Shown here: positions 49,894 to 60,443 of the stretch, piece after piece
How positions within the stretch are numbered: the stretch's first letter is position 1
Layout: the number at the start of each line of letters is the position of its first letter
Assembly (NCBI GenBank): GCA_035401705.1
Contig: DAONBX010000010.1
Coordinates: forward strand, 34 to 64,033
From: Aeromicrobium sp.
GTDB lineage: Bacteria; Actinomycetota; Actinomycetes; Propionibacteriales; Nocardioidaceae
DNA length: 64,000 bases
Direction of reading: 5' to 3'
Program-made: the position numbers and the translations under genes
Notes under the pieces: model-generated
Told to the model about the DNA's origin: nothing
The model's database searches: none
What the model saw: only the letters and a program-made list of their open reading frames with translations

Positions 49894-50968
49894 CTAGTGC
49901 GTCCCAGGCGGCGGCTAGGTCGTCCTCGGCCGGCCCGGCAAGAATCGCTGGTTGGGCTAGGGCGTCGAGAACTACGAACCGTAGTTGTGAGCCACGGGTC
50001 TTCTTGTCGATTCTCATTCCGGCGAGCATTTGGTCAAACGTCGCACCGCGGTAAGAAATCGGCAACTCCAACAACTGGAGCGCATTTCGGTGCCGGGCCA
50101 AAAGTTCGGCCTCAATGCGGCCCGTGCGATAAGCCAACTCGGCGACGAAAATCATGCCAACGCTGATCGCCTCGCCGTGGCGGATGTTGAAATGCTCGTG
50201 GCGTTCGATTGCGTGACCGAGCGTGTGGCCGTAGTTGAGCGCTTCGCGACCAATCGAGCCGCCAGCACCGGTCTCGTGCAGGTCTTCGGCCACGGTCTTG
50301 GCCTTGACGCCAATCCCGCGGGCCACCAAGTCGGCGACCAGATCATCGGTCGGGTCGAGCACTCGACCAGGGTTCTGCTCAATATCGGTCAGGATGGTCG
50401 AGTCGGAGATAAAACCGCATTTGACCACTTCGGCCATCCCGCTACGAACCTCGCGCGGCGGCAGGTTGGTGAGAGTGGCTAGATCGCACAACACTCCCAG
50501 CGGCTCGTGAAAGGCGCCAACCAGGTTCTTGCCGGCAGCCAAGTTGATACCTGTTTTGCCGCCTACTGCGGCGTCAACCATCCCAAGAATCGTCGTGGGC
50601 ACTGTGATGAACTGGACCCCGCGCAACCAACTTGCCGCCACGAAACCGGCCAAGTCTGTCGTGGCTCCGCCGCCAACCCCGACGATCACATCTGAGCGAG
50701 TGAAACCGCCAGCGCCAAGTTCGTCCCAGCAGTGCGCTAAGAATTCGACGGTCTTGGCCTGCTCGCCGTCTGGCGCCTGGATGAAGAGGATTTGACGGTC
50801 TGGCAATTGGCTGGCCAACTGCTTGGCAAAATCGCCAACAGGTTTTGCGTGGATGATCGCGACGCGCACCGCATCGTCGGGGACCAGGGCGGCGAACTCA
50901 TTCACCGCATCGTGCCCGACCAGCACTTCGTAGGGCTGAGCCGTGGCCACCGATACCCGACGGGTCAC
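49886..50968 (-). CDS. aroB: 3-dehydroquinate synthase
   Basis: GVGGGATTDLAGFVAASWLRGV...VPTT...DAAVGGKTGIN...NYGHTLGHAIE. Confidence 0.95.
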   Translation of the reverse strand: MTRRVSVATAQPYEVLVGHDAVNEFAALVPDDAVRVAIIHAKPVGDFAKQLASQLPDRQILFIQAPDGEQAKTVEFLAHCWDELGAGGFTRSDVIVGVGGGATTDLAGFVAASWLRGVQFITVPTTILGMVDAAVGGKTGINLAAGKNLVGAFHEPLGVLCDLATLTNLPPREVRSGMAEVVKCGFISDSTILTDIEQNPGRVLDPTDDLVADLVARGIGVKAKTVAEDLHETGAGGSIGREALNYGHTLGHAIERHEHFNIRHGEAISVGMIFVAELAYRTGRIEAELLARHRNALQLLELPISYRGATFDQMLAGMRIDKKTRGSQLRFVVLDALAQPAILAGPAEDDLAAAWDALDD

Positions 50969-51483
50969 TTGGTCGGCCCTACCAGTTGCAGTCGCTCAAT
51001 CACTTGGTCGACAACTTCGGCCGCAGTCAGCTCGTTGGTATCGACTGTGACCGTGGCCAACCGGTTATAGATCGGGCGACGTTGATCCATCAGCGTCTTA
51101 AGTTGGCCGCGCACGTTGCCGAGCAATAGCGGGCGGCCGGAGTTCATCCCGACGCGTGCGGCCGCTTGCGCCAAACCCACATCCAAGTGCAGCACTGTTT
51201 GATCGACGAGCAGTGCCTGGGTGCCTTCGTCGTGGACCGCTCCCCCGCCAAGCGCGAGCACGCCATCATGTTCAGCGAGCGCCTTGGCAACCGCCGCGGC
51301 CTCAAGTTCGCGAAAAACGGGTTCGCCGCGACCGACGAAAATTTCTTGGACGGATTCGCCCTGGTCGGCCTCGACGTCCTGGTCGGTGTCACGAACCGCG
51401 ACGCCAAGGCGTTCACCGAGCAAATGCGCGACGGTCGTCTTGCCGGCACCGGGCGGGCCAACAACGACGACGATCGGTTTCAC
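50965..51483 (-). CDS. aroK: shikimate kinase
   Basis: [13 protein letters not shown]...DTD...FRELE...ALGGGA. Confidence 0.93.
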   Translation of the reverse strand: MKPIVVVVGPPGAGKTTVAHLLGERLGVAVRDTDQDVEADQGESVQEIFVGRGEPVFRELEAAAVAKALAEHDGVLALGGGAVHDEGTQALLVDQTVLHLDVGLAQAAARVGMNSGRPLLLGNVRGQLKTLMDQRRPIYNRLATVTVDTNELTAAEVVDQVIERLQLVGPTK

Positions 51484-52658
51484 CGGTACCTCAAGTTCTC
51501 AAGGTAACCGCGGACGTTTCGGCTGGTCTCGCCAACCGAATCGCCACCGAACTTCTCACAGATCGCGTCGGCGACCACCAACGCAACCATCGCCTCGGCA
51601 ACGATCCCAGCGGCTGGAACTGCACAAACGTCAGAGCGTTGGTGGTGGGCGGTGGTCGCTTCGCCGGTCTGCACATCGATCGTGCGAAGGGCCCGTGGAA
51701 CCGTCGCGATCGGCTTCATCGCCGCTCGGACGCGCAACTGCTCACCGGTGGTCATGCCGCCCTCGGTACCGCCGGAGCGTCCAGTTACCCGGCGAATGCC
51801 GTCGTCGGTTCCGACGATCTCATCGTGGGCGAGCGATCCGCGAGTACGCGCGAGCTCGAACCCGTCGCCGAGTTCGACGCCCTTGATCGCCTGGATGCCC
51901 ATCAACGCGGCCGCTAGGCGACTATCAAGCCGGCGATCCCACTGCGTATGCGAACCAAGTCCTGGCGGTAGCCCGTCGACGATGACCTCGACGACGCCAC
52001 CGATGGTGTCGCCGTCTTTGTGCGCAGCGTCGACTTCGGCAACCATCGCCGCCGAGGCGTCAGGATCGAAGCAACGCAGCGGATCGGCGTCGAGTCGTTC
52101 TACATCGGCATGGCTGGGCAGCACCCCCGCCGGCGCCTTGACGCTGCCAAGTTCGATGACATGACTGACGATTGTCGCGCCCGTGGTTTGGGCGATGAAT
52201 TGTGCCGCGATCTCGCCGAGGGCGACCCGGGCGGCAGTTTCACGAGCGCTGGCCCGTTCAAGAATCGGCCGAGCCTCGTCGAAGTCGAACTTCTGCATAC
52301 CGGCAAGGTCGGCGTGACCGGGACGAGGTCGGGTAAGCGGCGCATTGCGCTTGGAACCCGCGAGCGTTTCAGCATCGACCGGGTCCGCTGACATGACTTG
52401 CTGCCACTTGGGCCATTCGCTGTTGCCGATCCGCATCGCGATCGGGCTGCCGAGGGTGCGACCGTGGCGGATGCCGCCGATGATCTCAAGTTCGTCGGCC
52501 TCAAATGCCATTCGAGCGCCGCGGCCATAGCCGAGCCGACGGCGCGCGAGCGCGGCCTGGATCTCTTTGCTAGAGACCTCGACCCCAGCCGGCAGGCCAT
52601 CAAGAGTCGCGACAAGTGCGGGGCCGTGAGATTCTCCGGCCGTCAACCAACGAAGCAT
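51480..52658 (-). CDS. aroC: chorismate synthase
   Basis: [21 protein letters not shown]...RPGHADLAG...SARETAARV. Confidence 0.96.
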   Translation of the reverse strand: MLRWLTAGESHGPALVATLDGLPAGVEVSSKEIQAALARRRLGYGRGARMAFEADELEIIGGIRHGRTLGSPIAMRIGNSEWPKWQQVMSADPVDAETLAGSKRNAPLTRPRPGHADLAGMQKFDFDEARPILERASARETAARVALGEIAAQFIAQTTGATIVSHVIELGSVKAPAGVLPSHADVERLDADPLRCFDPDASAAMVAEVDAAHKDGDTIGGVVEVIVDGLPPGLGSHTQWDRRLDSRLAAALMGIQAIKGVELGDGFELARTRGSLAHDEIVGTDDGIRRVTGRSGGTEGGMTTGEQLRVRAAMKPIATVPRALRTIDVQTGEATTAHHQRSDVCAVPAAGIVAEAMVALVVADAICEKFGGDSVGETSRNVRGYLENLRYR

Positions 52659-52676
52659 GAGGCTGATTCTCTCACC

Positions 52677-53345
52677 TCAGAGCAGCAGCGCTGCAAAGGC
52701 TCCAAGGAGTAGATACGGACCGAAGGCAATCGGGATCTTCTTGCCCAGTTGGCCGCGCACCAAGACGACCCCAGCGACCGCACCAATGATCAGTCCGAAG
52801 AAGACGCCGTAGAAAGCGGTGATGAATCCGAGGGGCCCCAAGGCGACACCCAAAACGGCCGATAGCCGAACGTCGCCATATCCCATCGGACCAACGAGAC
52901 CAGCCAAGAAATAGAACCCGAAAATTGCAAGGTTTCCCCACAGCGCATGCAAGAGAACCGACGGATCACGGAGCACAAGTGCGCCTACCCCCGTGAACAA
53001 CCAGCTGAGTAAGTAAAGGGGCGCGACGATCAGAAACGGCAGCAGGTGGACTTTCCAGTCGACCCAAGCAAGCACCGGCGTGGCGGCCGCGAGCAGAATC
53101 CACACGCCCAACAGTTCCCAGTGTTCGAGCAGCGCACCGGCCACTGCGCCAAGGGCCGCTGCCGGAACCGCCATCTTCCACCAAAGGCCAGGCGCTTTAG
53201 CCAGTTCTGCGTACGCGATCTTCGGCGGCATGTCGGGTTCGGGTTCACCCGCGGGCTCAGGCAAATGAGCCAATAGTTTGGGCGAAAAGGCCCCAAGTAG
53301 CCCGGCAACGAGGGCGGCCATGGCGGCGATCAGCGCGGTAGTCAC
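52677..53345 (-). CDS. A24-family prepilin peptidase-like membrane protein
   Basis: Polytopic. Two Asp motifs (LAWVDWKVHLLP and MGYGDVRLSAVLG), as in type 4 prepilin peptidases. Confidence 0.75.
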   Translation of the reverse strand: MTTALIAAMAALVAGLLGAFSPKLLAHLPEPAGEPEPDMPPKIAYAELAKAPGLWWKMAVPAAALGAVAGALLEHWELLGVWILLAAATPVLAWVDWKVHLLPFLIVAPLYLLSWLFTGVGALVLRDPSVLLHALWGNLAIFGFYFLAGLVGPMGYGDVRLSAVLGVALGPLGFITAFYGVFFGLIIGAVAGVVLVRGQLGKKIPIAFGPYLLLGAFAALLL

Positions 53346-53354
53346 CGAAGCAGG

Positions 53355-54155
53355 CTAACGGCTCGCGAGTTTCGCCGCCGCCGCATCGAGCAGTATTTGT
53401 GGATCAATTGGGCTGCCAGTCATGAGCGCCACCTGAAGCACCGCCTGATGGGCCAACAGGTCCAGCCCAGTGACCAGCGGTCGGCCCTCGATTTGGGCTG
53501 AGCGCATCAGCGGTGTGGGCCACGGGTCATAGATCGCATCGAATACCACTTGAGCGGCCGAACTGAATTCGTGCTCGCGCCCGGAGATCGCGCTGCTCGG
53601 GACGGTAGAAACCAGCAGATCTACCGATTGAGTCACGGCCACGTCCAGTTCGACGACCGACACGTTCAGGCCTAGTTTCTCTATCGCCGTGGCGGTAGTG
53701 GCCGCTCGCCGCGGGTCTCTGGCCCGCAGTTCGACCTGCGTCGCGCCGAGGCGCTTACCCGCCAGCGAAAGCGAAGCGGCCGTGGCGCCAGCGCCTAAAA
53801 TCCGGATCGTCTCTATTGGCGAGTCGTACACGTGACGAAGGGCATTTCCAGCTCCCGGAACATCAGTGTTGTGCGCAGCCCATCCGCCTTCGGTGGCTAT
53901 CAAAGTGTTCGCCACCCCGAGGGCCCGCACGTCGCTATCTCGCGACGACGCCAACTGGGCGGCCTGACGCTTGAGCGGAGCCGTCACGGAGAAGCCGCGC
54001 CAATCGGCGCGGTCCGCGACGAACTCGGCCAACTCACCTTCGGCCACGTCAAAGGCGCCGTACGTCCAGCCAAGATCCAGTGCCTCGTAAGCGGCTCGGT
54101 GCATCGCCGGGGACAGTGAATGCGAGATCGGCGAACCGAGTACCGCGCACTTCAC
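53355..54155 (-). CDS. aroE: shikimate dehydrogenase
   Basis: VLGSPISHSLSPAMHRAAY...SVTAPLKR...NTL...NTD...ILGAGATA. Confidence 0.9.
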   Translation of the reverse strand: MKCAVLGSPISHSLSPAMHRAAYEALDLGWTYGAFDVAEGELAEFVADRADWRGFSVTAPLKRQAAQLASSRDSDVRALGVANTLIATEGGWAAHNTDVPGAGNALRHVYDSPIETIRILGAGATAASLSLAGKRLGATQVELRARDPRRAATTATAIEKLGLNVSVVELDVAVTQSVDLLVSTVPSSAISGREHEFSSAAQVVFDAIYDPWPTPLMRSAQIEGRPLVTGLDLLAHQAVLQVALMTGSPIDPQILLDAAAAKLASR

Positions 54156-54170
54156 GACAACGTCCCTAGC

Positions 54171-55271
54171 TCAGCCACCGCAGGAGCCAGCGCCGTATTC
54201 GGCTTGGCAGTCAGCAGTGTGCTGGCCGTAGCTTTCGTTGTAGACAACCGAACCGTCCTTCTTGGCGAAGAAGTACAACCATGGCCCAACCGCAGGGTTC
54301 AACGCTGCTCGAATCGCAGCCGCACCCGGCGAACCAATAGGCCCGGGCGGCAAACCCTGATGTTGATAAGTGTTGTATTCGGACGGGTTCGCCCGTTCCT
54401 CGGCGGTCGTCCAAACGTCGCCCTTGCGTTTGCTGATGTACGAGACCGTCGAATCCAACTGCAGCGGCATCGACTGCTGGATCCGGTTGTACAGAACCCT
54501 GGCAATTTTGGCGTAATCTTCGGGGTTTTGACCTTCGTACTCCAAAATGCTGGCCATGGTCAGGATCTGCTCACCGGTCATCCCCAGCGCCGGCGCGAGT
54601 TCGCCGATTCGTTCGTCTTTGGCGACCTTCAACGTCTGCTTCACCATCCGTGACAGGACCTCTTGGGCAGTCTCGCCGGGTTCAACAAAGTAGGTTTCCG
54701 GGTACAGGTAGCCTTCGGGGTTTCCATTGGCGAAATCGGGCAAACCAATCGACTTCGGGTCGTCCAGCGCGGCCTGCAAGTCTTCGGCCTTCAGATCCGT
54801 GTTTTTCGAGATGATCTCGACGATCTGGCCGACGCGAGCACCCTCAGGAATCGTAAACTTCGCCTGCACGCGAGCCGAGGGATCAACCAATGCGGTCAGG
54901 GCCGCCTCGGCCGACATGTGGGTGCGTAGGCGGTACGTTCCCGGCTGGATTGACTGGGCCCGAACATCGCTTAGGCTCAACTGGTAGAACGCTTCGGCGG
55001 ACTTGACCACGCCAGCGTCGGCGAGGATTTTCCCGATTTGAGCGCCGTTCGCGCCCGCGGGCACCGTGATCGTGACCGTGCCGGTGCCCTGACCGGTGTA
55101 GTCCTCGGGCCCACTGAGTCGATCCATCACTTTCATGGCGATGAAATACCCGCCGCCAAACACAACCAGCAGCGCCAGGAGCACGAGCAATCGGCGCACG
55201 CCTGACTTCTTGGGTGGTTCGGGGCTCTCGGCCGAAACACCGCCGAGCAAATCCACGCCGCCATCAGTCAT
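54171..55271 (-). CDS. mltG: endolytic murein transglycosylase MltG (YceG-like)
   Basis: N-terminal TM anchor. Motifs ILTMASILEYEG, LQLDSTVSY and YNTYQHQGLPPGPIGSPG. Confidence 0.9.
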   Translation of the reverse strand: MTDGGVDLLGGVSAESPEPPKKSGVRRLLVLLALLVVFGGGYFIAMKVMDRLSGPEDYTGQGTGTVTITVPAGANGAQIGKILADAGVVKSAEAFYQLSLSDVRAQSIQPGTYRLRTHMSAEAALTALVDPSARVQAKFTIPEGARVGQIVEIISKNTDLKAEDLQAALDDPKSIGLPDFANGNPEGYLYPETYFVEPGETAQEVLSRMVKQTLKVAKDERIGELAPALGMTGEQILTMASILEYEGQNPEDYAKIARVLYNRIQQSMPLQLDSTVSYISKRKGDVWTTAEERANPSEYNTYQHQGLPPGPIGSPGAAAIRAALNPAVGPWLYFFAKKDGSVVYNESYGQHTADCQAEYGAGSCGG

Positions 55272-55277
55272 CGCGGT

Positions 55278-55706
55278 TCACCTTTCACGTGCTCTTTGCG
55301 CATCGATCGCCGACTGCAAAATCACTACAGCGGCCGCCTGGTCAATGACCGACCTCGATGACTTCGTGTTGCGGCCGCTGGCATGTAATTGCGACTGGGC
55401 CGAGACCGTCGTGAGACGCTCATCGACCAACCTTACCGAAACACCGCCAATTGCCGGTTCAAGCAAGGAAACGAAGTCGCGAACCTTCGCTGCGGCCGGC
55501 CCCTCGCGACCAGACAAACCAACTGGAAGGCCCACGACTACTTCAATCGCTTCGTATTCAGAGACCAGTTCGGCCAGCCGACCAATAGCGTCTGGGCCAG
55601 CGGAAACAGTTTCAACCGGGGTGGCGATCAGGCCATCGGGATCGCAAACGGCAACCCCGATCCGCGCGTCACCTACGTCAACGCCTAATCGTCGGCCGCG
55701 TGTCAT
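55278..55706 (-). CDS. ruvX: Holliday junction resolvase-like nuclease RuvX (YqgF)
   Basis: RRLGVDVGDARIGVAVCDP...VVVGLP...DERLTT. Confidence 0.9.
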   Translation of the reverse strand: MTRGRRLGVDVGDARIGVAVCDPDGLIATPVETVSAGPDAIGRLAELVSEYEAIEVVVGLPVGLSGREGPAAAKVRDFVSLLEPAIGGVSVRLVDERLTTVSAQSQLHASGRNTKSSRSVIDQAAAVVILQSAIDAQRARER

Positions 55707-58360
55707 CGTTGCAAACTCGACTCGACCGCCGCGAATGCGGCATCGATTCCACCGATGTCGGTGCCGCCACCTTGAGCGACATCGGCCTTTCCGCCGCCAC
55801 GACCGCCGATCTTCTCGCCGATCAGCGCAACCAGTTGCTGAGCCGAAAGTCCTCGGTCGATCGCGGCCGGATTCAGCGCAACGACCGCAGACGGCTTGTC
55901 GCCTGCGGTGCCGATGACTGCGACCACGGCTGGCCGATCGGCGATTCGACCACGAATATCTAGCGCCAATTGGCGAACGTCGCCGCCGCCGACACCTTCG
56001 GCGCGGTGGCCGACAAAGGCAACCCCGTCGATGTCTTTGGCCGCTTTGGCCACATCGCCGGCGGCACCTTGAAGTTCAGCAGCCTTCAGCTTGTCGAGTT
56101 CCTTCTCGCTGGCTTTGAGCCGCGAAACCAAGTCCTGCACCCGAGTGGTCAGATCCTCGGGCTGAGCCTTGAGCACTTCACTCAACTGGCGCACCAAGTC
56201 TCGTTCTTTGGCCAAGTACGCGAAGCCCTCAATACCCACGAGCGCTTCGATACGGCGGTTGCCAGCGCCCACTGAGCCATCGGCAGTGAGCACGACCGTA
56301 CCGATCTGGCTCGACCGTTCGACGTGGGTGCCACCGCAAAGCTCACGCGACCACGGTCCGCCGATTTCGATAACCCGGACTTCTTCGCCGTAATTTTCAC
56401 CAAACAGCGCCAACGCGCCGAACTCTTTGGCCTCGGGCAGGGTCATCAGATGCTGACTGACCTGGAGGTCTTCGCGCAGGGCCCGGTTCGAGACGTGCTC
56501 AACCTGATGGAACTGGTCTGAGTCCAGCGCACTGTTCCAGCCAAAGTCCAACCGCAGGTAGCCCGGTCGGTTGTACGAACCGGACTGCAGCGCCGTCGGG
56601 CCAAGCACCTCGCGCAGCGCGGCGTGAACGACGTGCGTACCTGAGTGCGCTTGGCGCGCGCCGATGCGCCATTGCTGGTCGACCTCGGCCGACAGGTGAG
56701 TCGACGTCGTCAATTCGCCTGAGGTGATTCGAACTTGGTGAACGACCAAGCCCTTGATCGGCCGCTGGACGTCGAGCACTTCGGCGCTGCCGCCGTCCCA
56801 ACGCAGCACCCCCGCGTCCGCGTTTTGACCGCCCGACTCGGCGTAGAAACCTGTTCGGTCCAAGATGACTTCGCCTACTTGGCCTTCGCTCAGCACTGGG
56901 ACGGTCGCGCCGGCAGTAAGCAATGCCAGGACCTTCGACTCGGTGATCAGGTTGGTGTAGGCCAACCATTCCGTTGGGCCGAAGGTGTCAATCGACTCGC
57001 GGTAGACCGTCGTGTCGGCGTGGACGCCCTTTTTTGACTTGGCGTCGGCTTTGGCTCGGGCCTTCTGCTCGGCCATCAGGGCGACAAAGCCCTCCTGGTC
57101 CACCGCCAAACCCTGCTCGGCTGCCATTTCGAGGGTCAGGTCGATCGGGAAGCCGTAGGTGTCGTGCAGTTGGAAAGCCTGATCGCCGGCCAAGATCGTG
57201 GCGCCCGAGCCTTTGAGTTCTGCGGCAGCGACGTCAAACATCTGGGTTCCCTTGCCGAGGGTTTGGCGGAAGGCGTCCTCTTCGGCGTAGGCGACTTGGC
57301 TGATTCGGGCGAAGTCATTTTCCAACTCCGGGTAAGACGCCTTCATCCGCTCAAGGCTCACCGGCAGCAGCTCGGGCAGGGCACGATCCTCAAAGCCCAG
57401 CAGTCGCATCGAGCGAACCGCCCGGCGCAGCAGTCGACGAAGCACATAGCCGCGACTCTCGTTGCCTGGCGTTACCCCGTCGCCCATCAACATCAGGCCG
57501 CTGCGCACGTGATCGGCGATTACGCGGAAGCGAACATCGTCTTCGGCATTTTCGCCGTAGCGTTTGCCACTGAGTTCAGCCGCTTTCTCAATGACAGGGA
57601 AGACTTCGTCGATCTCGTAGAGGTTCTCTTTGCCTTGGAGCAGGTATGCGACGCGCTCTAGGCCCATGCCAGTGTCGATGTTCTGGCTGGGCAACGGCCC
57701 GACAACATCGAACTGGTCCTTGGCGCGGACGTTAGTGATCTCCTCTTGCATGAAGACCAGGTTCCAGATTTCTAGGAACCGATCTTCGTCGGCTTCGGGT
57801 CCGCCGTCTGGACCGTATTGGGGGCCACGGTCGATGTAGATCTCCGAGCAGGGGCCACCTGGGCCGGGCACGCCCATATGCCAGTAGTTGTCCAGCAACC
57901 CGCGGTTTTGGATTCGCTCGTCGGGAAGCCCCGCGACCTTTTTCCAGAGTTCTCGGGCCTCGCTATCAGTGTGCAGAACGGTGACCCAGATTTTGGCCGG
58001 ATCAAAACCGAGACCGCCGTCATCAACGCTGCCGGTGATCAACGTCCAAGCAAGTTCGATGGCGCGCTCTTTGAAGTAGTCGCCGAAACTGAAGTTGCCA
58101 TTCATTTGGAAGAACGTGCCGTGGCGGGTGGTCTTGCCAACCTCTTCGATGTCGAGAGTGCGGACACACTTTTGCACGCTCGTGGCACGTTCGAACGGTG
58201 GCGTCTCTTGGCCTAGGAAGTATGGCTTGAACGGAACCATGCCCGCATTGACGAACAAAAGGTTCGGGTCGTCGAACAGCAGCGGCGCCGACGGCACGAC
58301 CGTGTGGCCGGCGTTCTCAAAATGCGTAAGGAATCGGCGCCGGATTTCAGCGGTTTCCAT
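55703..58360 (-). CDS. alaS: alanine--tRNA ligase
   Basis: METAEIRRRFLTHFENAGHTVVPSAPL...FVNAGMVPFKPYF; 885 aa with an editing domain (HSGTHVVHAAL) and a DHHA1 C-terminus. Confidence 0.97.
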   Translation of the reverse strand: METAEIRRRFLTHFENAGHTVVPSAPLLFDDPNLLFVNAGMVPFKPYFLGQETPPFERATSVQKCVRTLDIEEVGKTTRHGTFFQMNGNFSFGDYFKERAIELAWTLITGSVDDGGLGFDPAKIWVTVLHTDSEARELWKKVAGLPDERIQNRGLLDNYWHMGVPGPGGPCSEIYIDRGPQYGPDGGPEADEDRFLEIWNLVFMQEEITNVRAKDQFDVVGPLPSQNIDTGMGLERVAYLLQGKENLYEIDEVFPVIEKAAELSGKRYGENAEDDVRFRVIADHVRSGLMLMGDGVTPGNESRGYVLRRLLRRAVRSMRLLGFEDRALPELLPVSLERMKASYPELENDFARISQVAYAEEDAFRQTLGKGTQMFDVAAAELKGSGATILAGDQAFQLHDTYGFPIDLTLEMAAEQGLAVDQEGFVALMAEQKARAKADAKSKKGVHADTTVYRESIDTFGPTEWLAYTNLITESKVLALLTAGATVPVLSEGQVGEVILDRTGFYAESGGQNADAGVLRWDGGSAEVLDVQRPIKGLVVHQVRITSGELTTSTHLSAEVDQQWRIGARQAHSGTHVVHAALREVLGPTALQSGSYNRPGYLRLDFGWNSALDSDQFHQVEHVSNRALREDLQVSQHLMTLPEAKEFGALALFGENYGEEVRVIEIGGPWSRELCGGTHVERSSQIGTVVLTADGSVGAGNRRIEALVGIEGFAYLAKERDLVRQLSEVLKAQPEDLTTRVQDLVSRLKASEKELDKLKAAELQGAAGDVAKAAKDIDGVAFVGHRAEGVGGGDVRQLALDIRGRIADRPAVVAVIGTAGDKPSAVVALNPAAIDRGLSAQQLVALIGEKIGGRGGGKADVAQGGGTDIGGIDAAFAAVESSLQR

Positions 58361-58596
58361 CAGTTTTGGTCCTTGGTGGTGAGTTGGGGAAGGTCTGAGG
58401 TGGTTCGGATTTGGTGTTCCTTTGCGGCCATGCCGTCGCGCACTTCGGCGTTGAAGGCCCGCAGTCCCGAGCCGAGGGCCGCGGCTTGGTCGATGAGCCC
58501 GGGCATGGAAACTCGGTAGGCCGCACGTCTTGCTTTGGCGCTGGCGTATACGCCAGCGGCGGTCCCGGCGACAAACCAGACGATTCGTGCGCTCAT
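58360..58596 (-). CDS. small membrane-anchored hypothetical protein
   Basis: 78 aa with an N-terminal hydrophobic helix (IVWFVAGTAAGVYA). The stop overlaps the alaS start, and the start overlaps the upstream gene by 4 nt. Confidence 0.55.
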   Translation of the reverse strand: MSARIVWFVAGTAAGVYASAKARRAAYRVSMPGLIDQAAALGSGLRAFNAEVRDGMAAKEHQIRTTSDLPQLTTKDQN

Positions 58597-59054
58597 TGCC
58601 TCACCATTCCTTGTCCCGGCGGCGAATTCTGGGCTCGTGCGGCTGCTTTCGCTGCGCGCTGGCGGGCCCGCTTTCGCCCTAGGTACTCGCGTCTGATTAG
58701 CGCCCTGATCCGGTCGCGACTTTCGGGACGCAGCGCATGGGCCACGCCGGAGACGAAGATCGCCACTCGAACAGATGGCCTGGTCATCGTCGCGGCCACC
58801 ACTTGGGCCCCCGTCGGCTGAACGATCACGCGACCGTGGACGACCTTGTATTCGGCTTCGTCCAGCGGCTCAGGTCTGGCCAACGACTCGCCGCTTTCAG
58901 CAGGCAAATTGTCAATTTCGGCCAGCACTGGGGCCGGGGGTTCTTGGCGGAGTTCGCGAATCTGGGCGACCGCGCGGGTCGCGACAATGGCAGCGGCGAC
59001 CGAGACGACCGCGAGAATCGCGGCAATCGTGACCAGCACCACTGACAACTCCAT
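58593..59054 (-). CDS. hypothetical single-pass membrane protein
   Basis: The ATG at 59054 gives MELSVVLVTIAAILAVVSVAAAIVATRAVAQIREL... The ORF-track start at 59312 would overlap rarA by about 250 nt and was rejected. Confidence 0.55.
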   Translation of the reverse strand: MELSVVLVTIAAILAVVSVAAAIVATRAVAQIRELRQEPPAPVLAEIDNLPAESGESLARPEPLDEAEYKVVHGRVIVQPTGAQVVAATMTRPSVRVAIFVSGVAHALRPESRDRIRALIRREYLGRKRARQRAAKAAARAQNSPPGQGMVRQ

Positions 59055-59064
59055 GACCTGAAGG

Positions 59065-60429
59065 TTACCGGTCTCGCAAGATCTGCCGAATACGGGCAAG
59101 ACGCGCCCTGATGGCCGACTCTGCCCCGTGTTCGCTGGGCAAGTAGTAGTCGACCTTGTCGACCTCGTCGGGAGCATGCTGCTGTTCGACCACCCCACGA
59201 GCGTCGGCATGGGCGTACTTGTAGTCGTGGCCGTGACCGATTTTCTTTGCGCCCGCATAGTGCGCGTCGCGTAGGGCCGGCGGCACTGCGCCGGCTTTTC
59301 CGGCTCGCACATCGCCCAACGCCGAATCGATCGCGGTGATCACCGAGTTCGACTTCGGTGCAGTAGCTAGGTGGATGACCGCTTGGGCCAGCGTGATCCG
59401 TGCCTCCGGAAACCCGATCATGGCGACAGCTTGGGCGGCCGCGACAGAAATCTGCAGGCTCGTCGGGTCGGCCATCCCGATGTCTTCGCTCGCCAAAATC
59501 ATCAGGCGACGGGCAATAAAACGCGGGTCCTCCCCCGCCTCGACCATCCGGGCGAGGTAGTGCAGGGCCGCGTCGACGTCAGAACCGCGGACCGATTTGA
59601 TGAACGCGCTCGTCACGTCGTAGTGCTGGTCACCGGCGCGGTCATAGCGAACTGCCGCTCGGTCGACCGCGAGGGCCGCGTCTTCTACGGTGACGACGTC
59701 GCGATCTTGGCTCTGGGTTGCCCCGGCGGCGGCCTCCAAATAGGTCAGCGCCCGTCGCGCATCTCCGCCGGCTAGCCGCAATAGGTGGTCGATAGCCTCG
59801 GGTTCGACCGTTACTTTGCCGCCAAGACCGCGGTCGCTGGCAATGGCCCGAGTTAGTACTTCGCGAATGTTGTCCTCACTCAGTGGCTGCAAAGTGAGCA
59901 GCAGCGAGCGACTCAGCAGCGGCGAAATCACACTGAAGTGCGGGTTCTCGGTGGTGGCCGCGACCAGACTCACCCACCGGTTCTCCACGCCCGGCAACAA
60001 GGCGTCCTGTTGGGCCTTACTGAACCGGTGAACCTCGTCGACGAACAGGACGGTTTCTTTGCCGGTATTTGCCAATGCTTGACGAGCGCCGGCGATGATC
60101 TCGCGGACTTCTTTGACTCCGGCGCTGACCGCTGACACTTCGACAAACCGGCGATCGGTTTGCAGGCTGATCAGGCTGGCCAAGGTCGTCTTGCCGGTCC
60201 CTGGCGGACCCCACAGCAGCACGGTAAGTGGCGCTTCACCTTCGATCATTCGGCGCAATGGCGAACCGAGGGCGAGCAAATGTTCTTGGCCGACGAGTTC
60301 GTCCAGCGAACGTGGCCGCATTCGCACCGCAAGTGGAGCACTCGCGTGCTGGTTGCCCGCAAGGGTGCCGCCTGAGTCACGACGTGGGCCGCCTTGATTT
60401 GGCAGGTCGAACAGTCCGTCGCTCACCAC
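59065..60429 (-). CDS. rarA: replication-associated recombination protein A (AAA+ ATPase)
   Basis: Walker [10 protein letters not shown], Walker [11 protein letters not shown], and MgsA C-terminal region ([22 protein letters not shown]). Confidence 0.93.
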   Translation of the reverse strand: MVSDGLFDLPNQGGPRRDSGGTLAGNQHASAPLAVRMRPRSLDELVGQEHLLALGSPLRRMIEGEAPLTVLLWGPPGTGKTTLASLISLQTDRRFVEVSAVSAGVKEVREIIAGARQALANTGKETVLFVDEVHRFSKAQQDALLPGVENRWVSLVAATTENPHFSVISPLLSRSLLLTLQPLSEDNIREVLTRAIASDRGLGGKVTVEPEAIDHLLRLAGGDARRALTYLEAAAGATQSQDRDVVTVEDAALAVDRAAVRYDRAGDQHYDVTSAFIKSVRGSDVDAALHYLARMVEAGEDPRFIARRLMILASEDIGMADPTSLQISVAAAQAVAMIGFPEARITLAQAVIHLATAPKSNSVITAIDSALGDVRAGKAGAVPPALRDAHYAGAKKIGHGHDYKYAHADARGVVEQQHAPDEVDKVDYYLPSEHGAESAIRARLARIRQILRDR

Positions 60430-60443
60430 ACAAGACTAGTGGC

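Noticed and set aside
59055-59312. Upstream extension of the 58593 ORF to 239 aa (ORF-track start at 59312)
   Set aside because: The extension overlaps the 3' end of rarA in another frame and is Thr/Ser/Arg-rich. The ATG at 59054 gives a clean N-terminal TM helix, so the short form is preferred.
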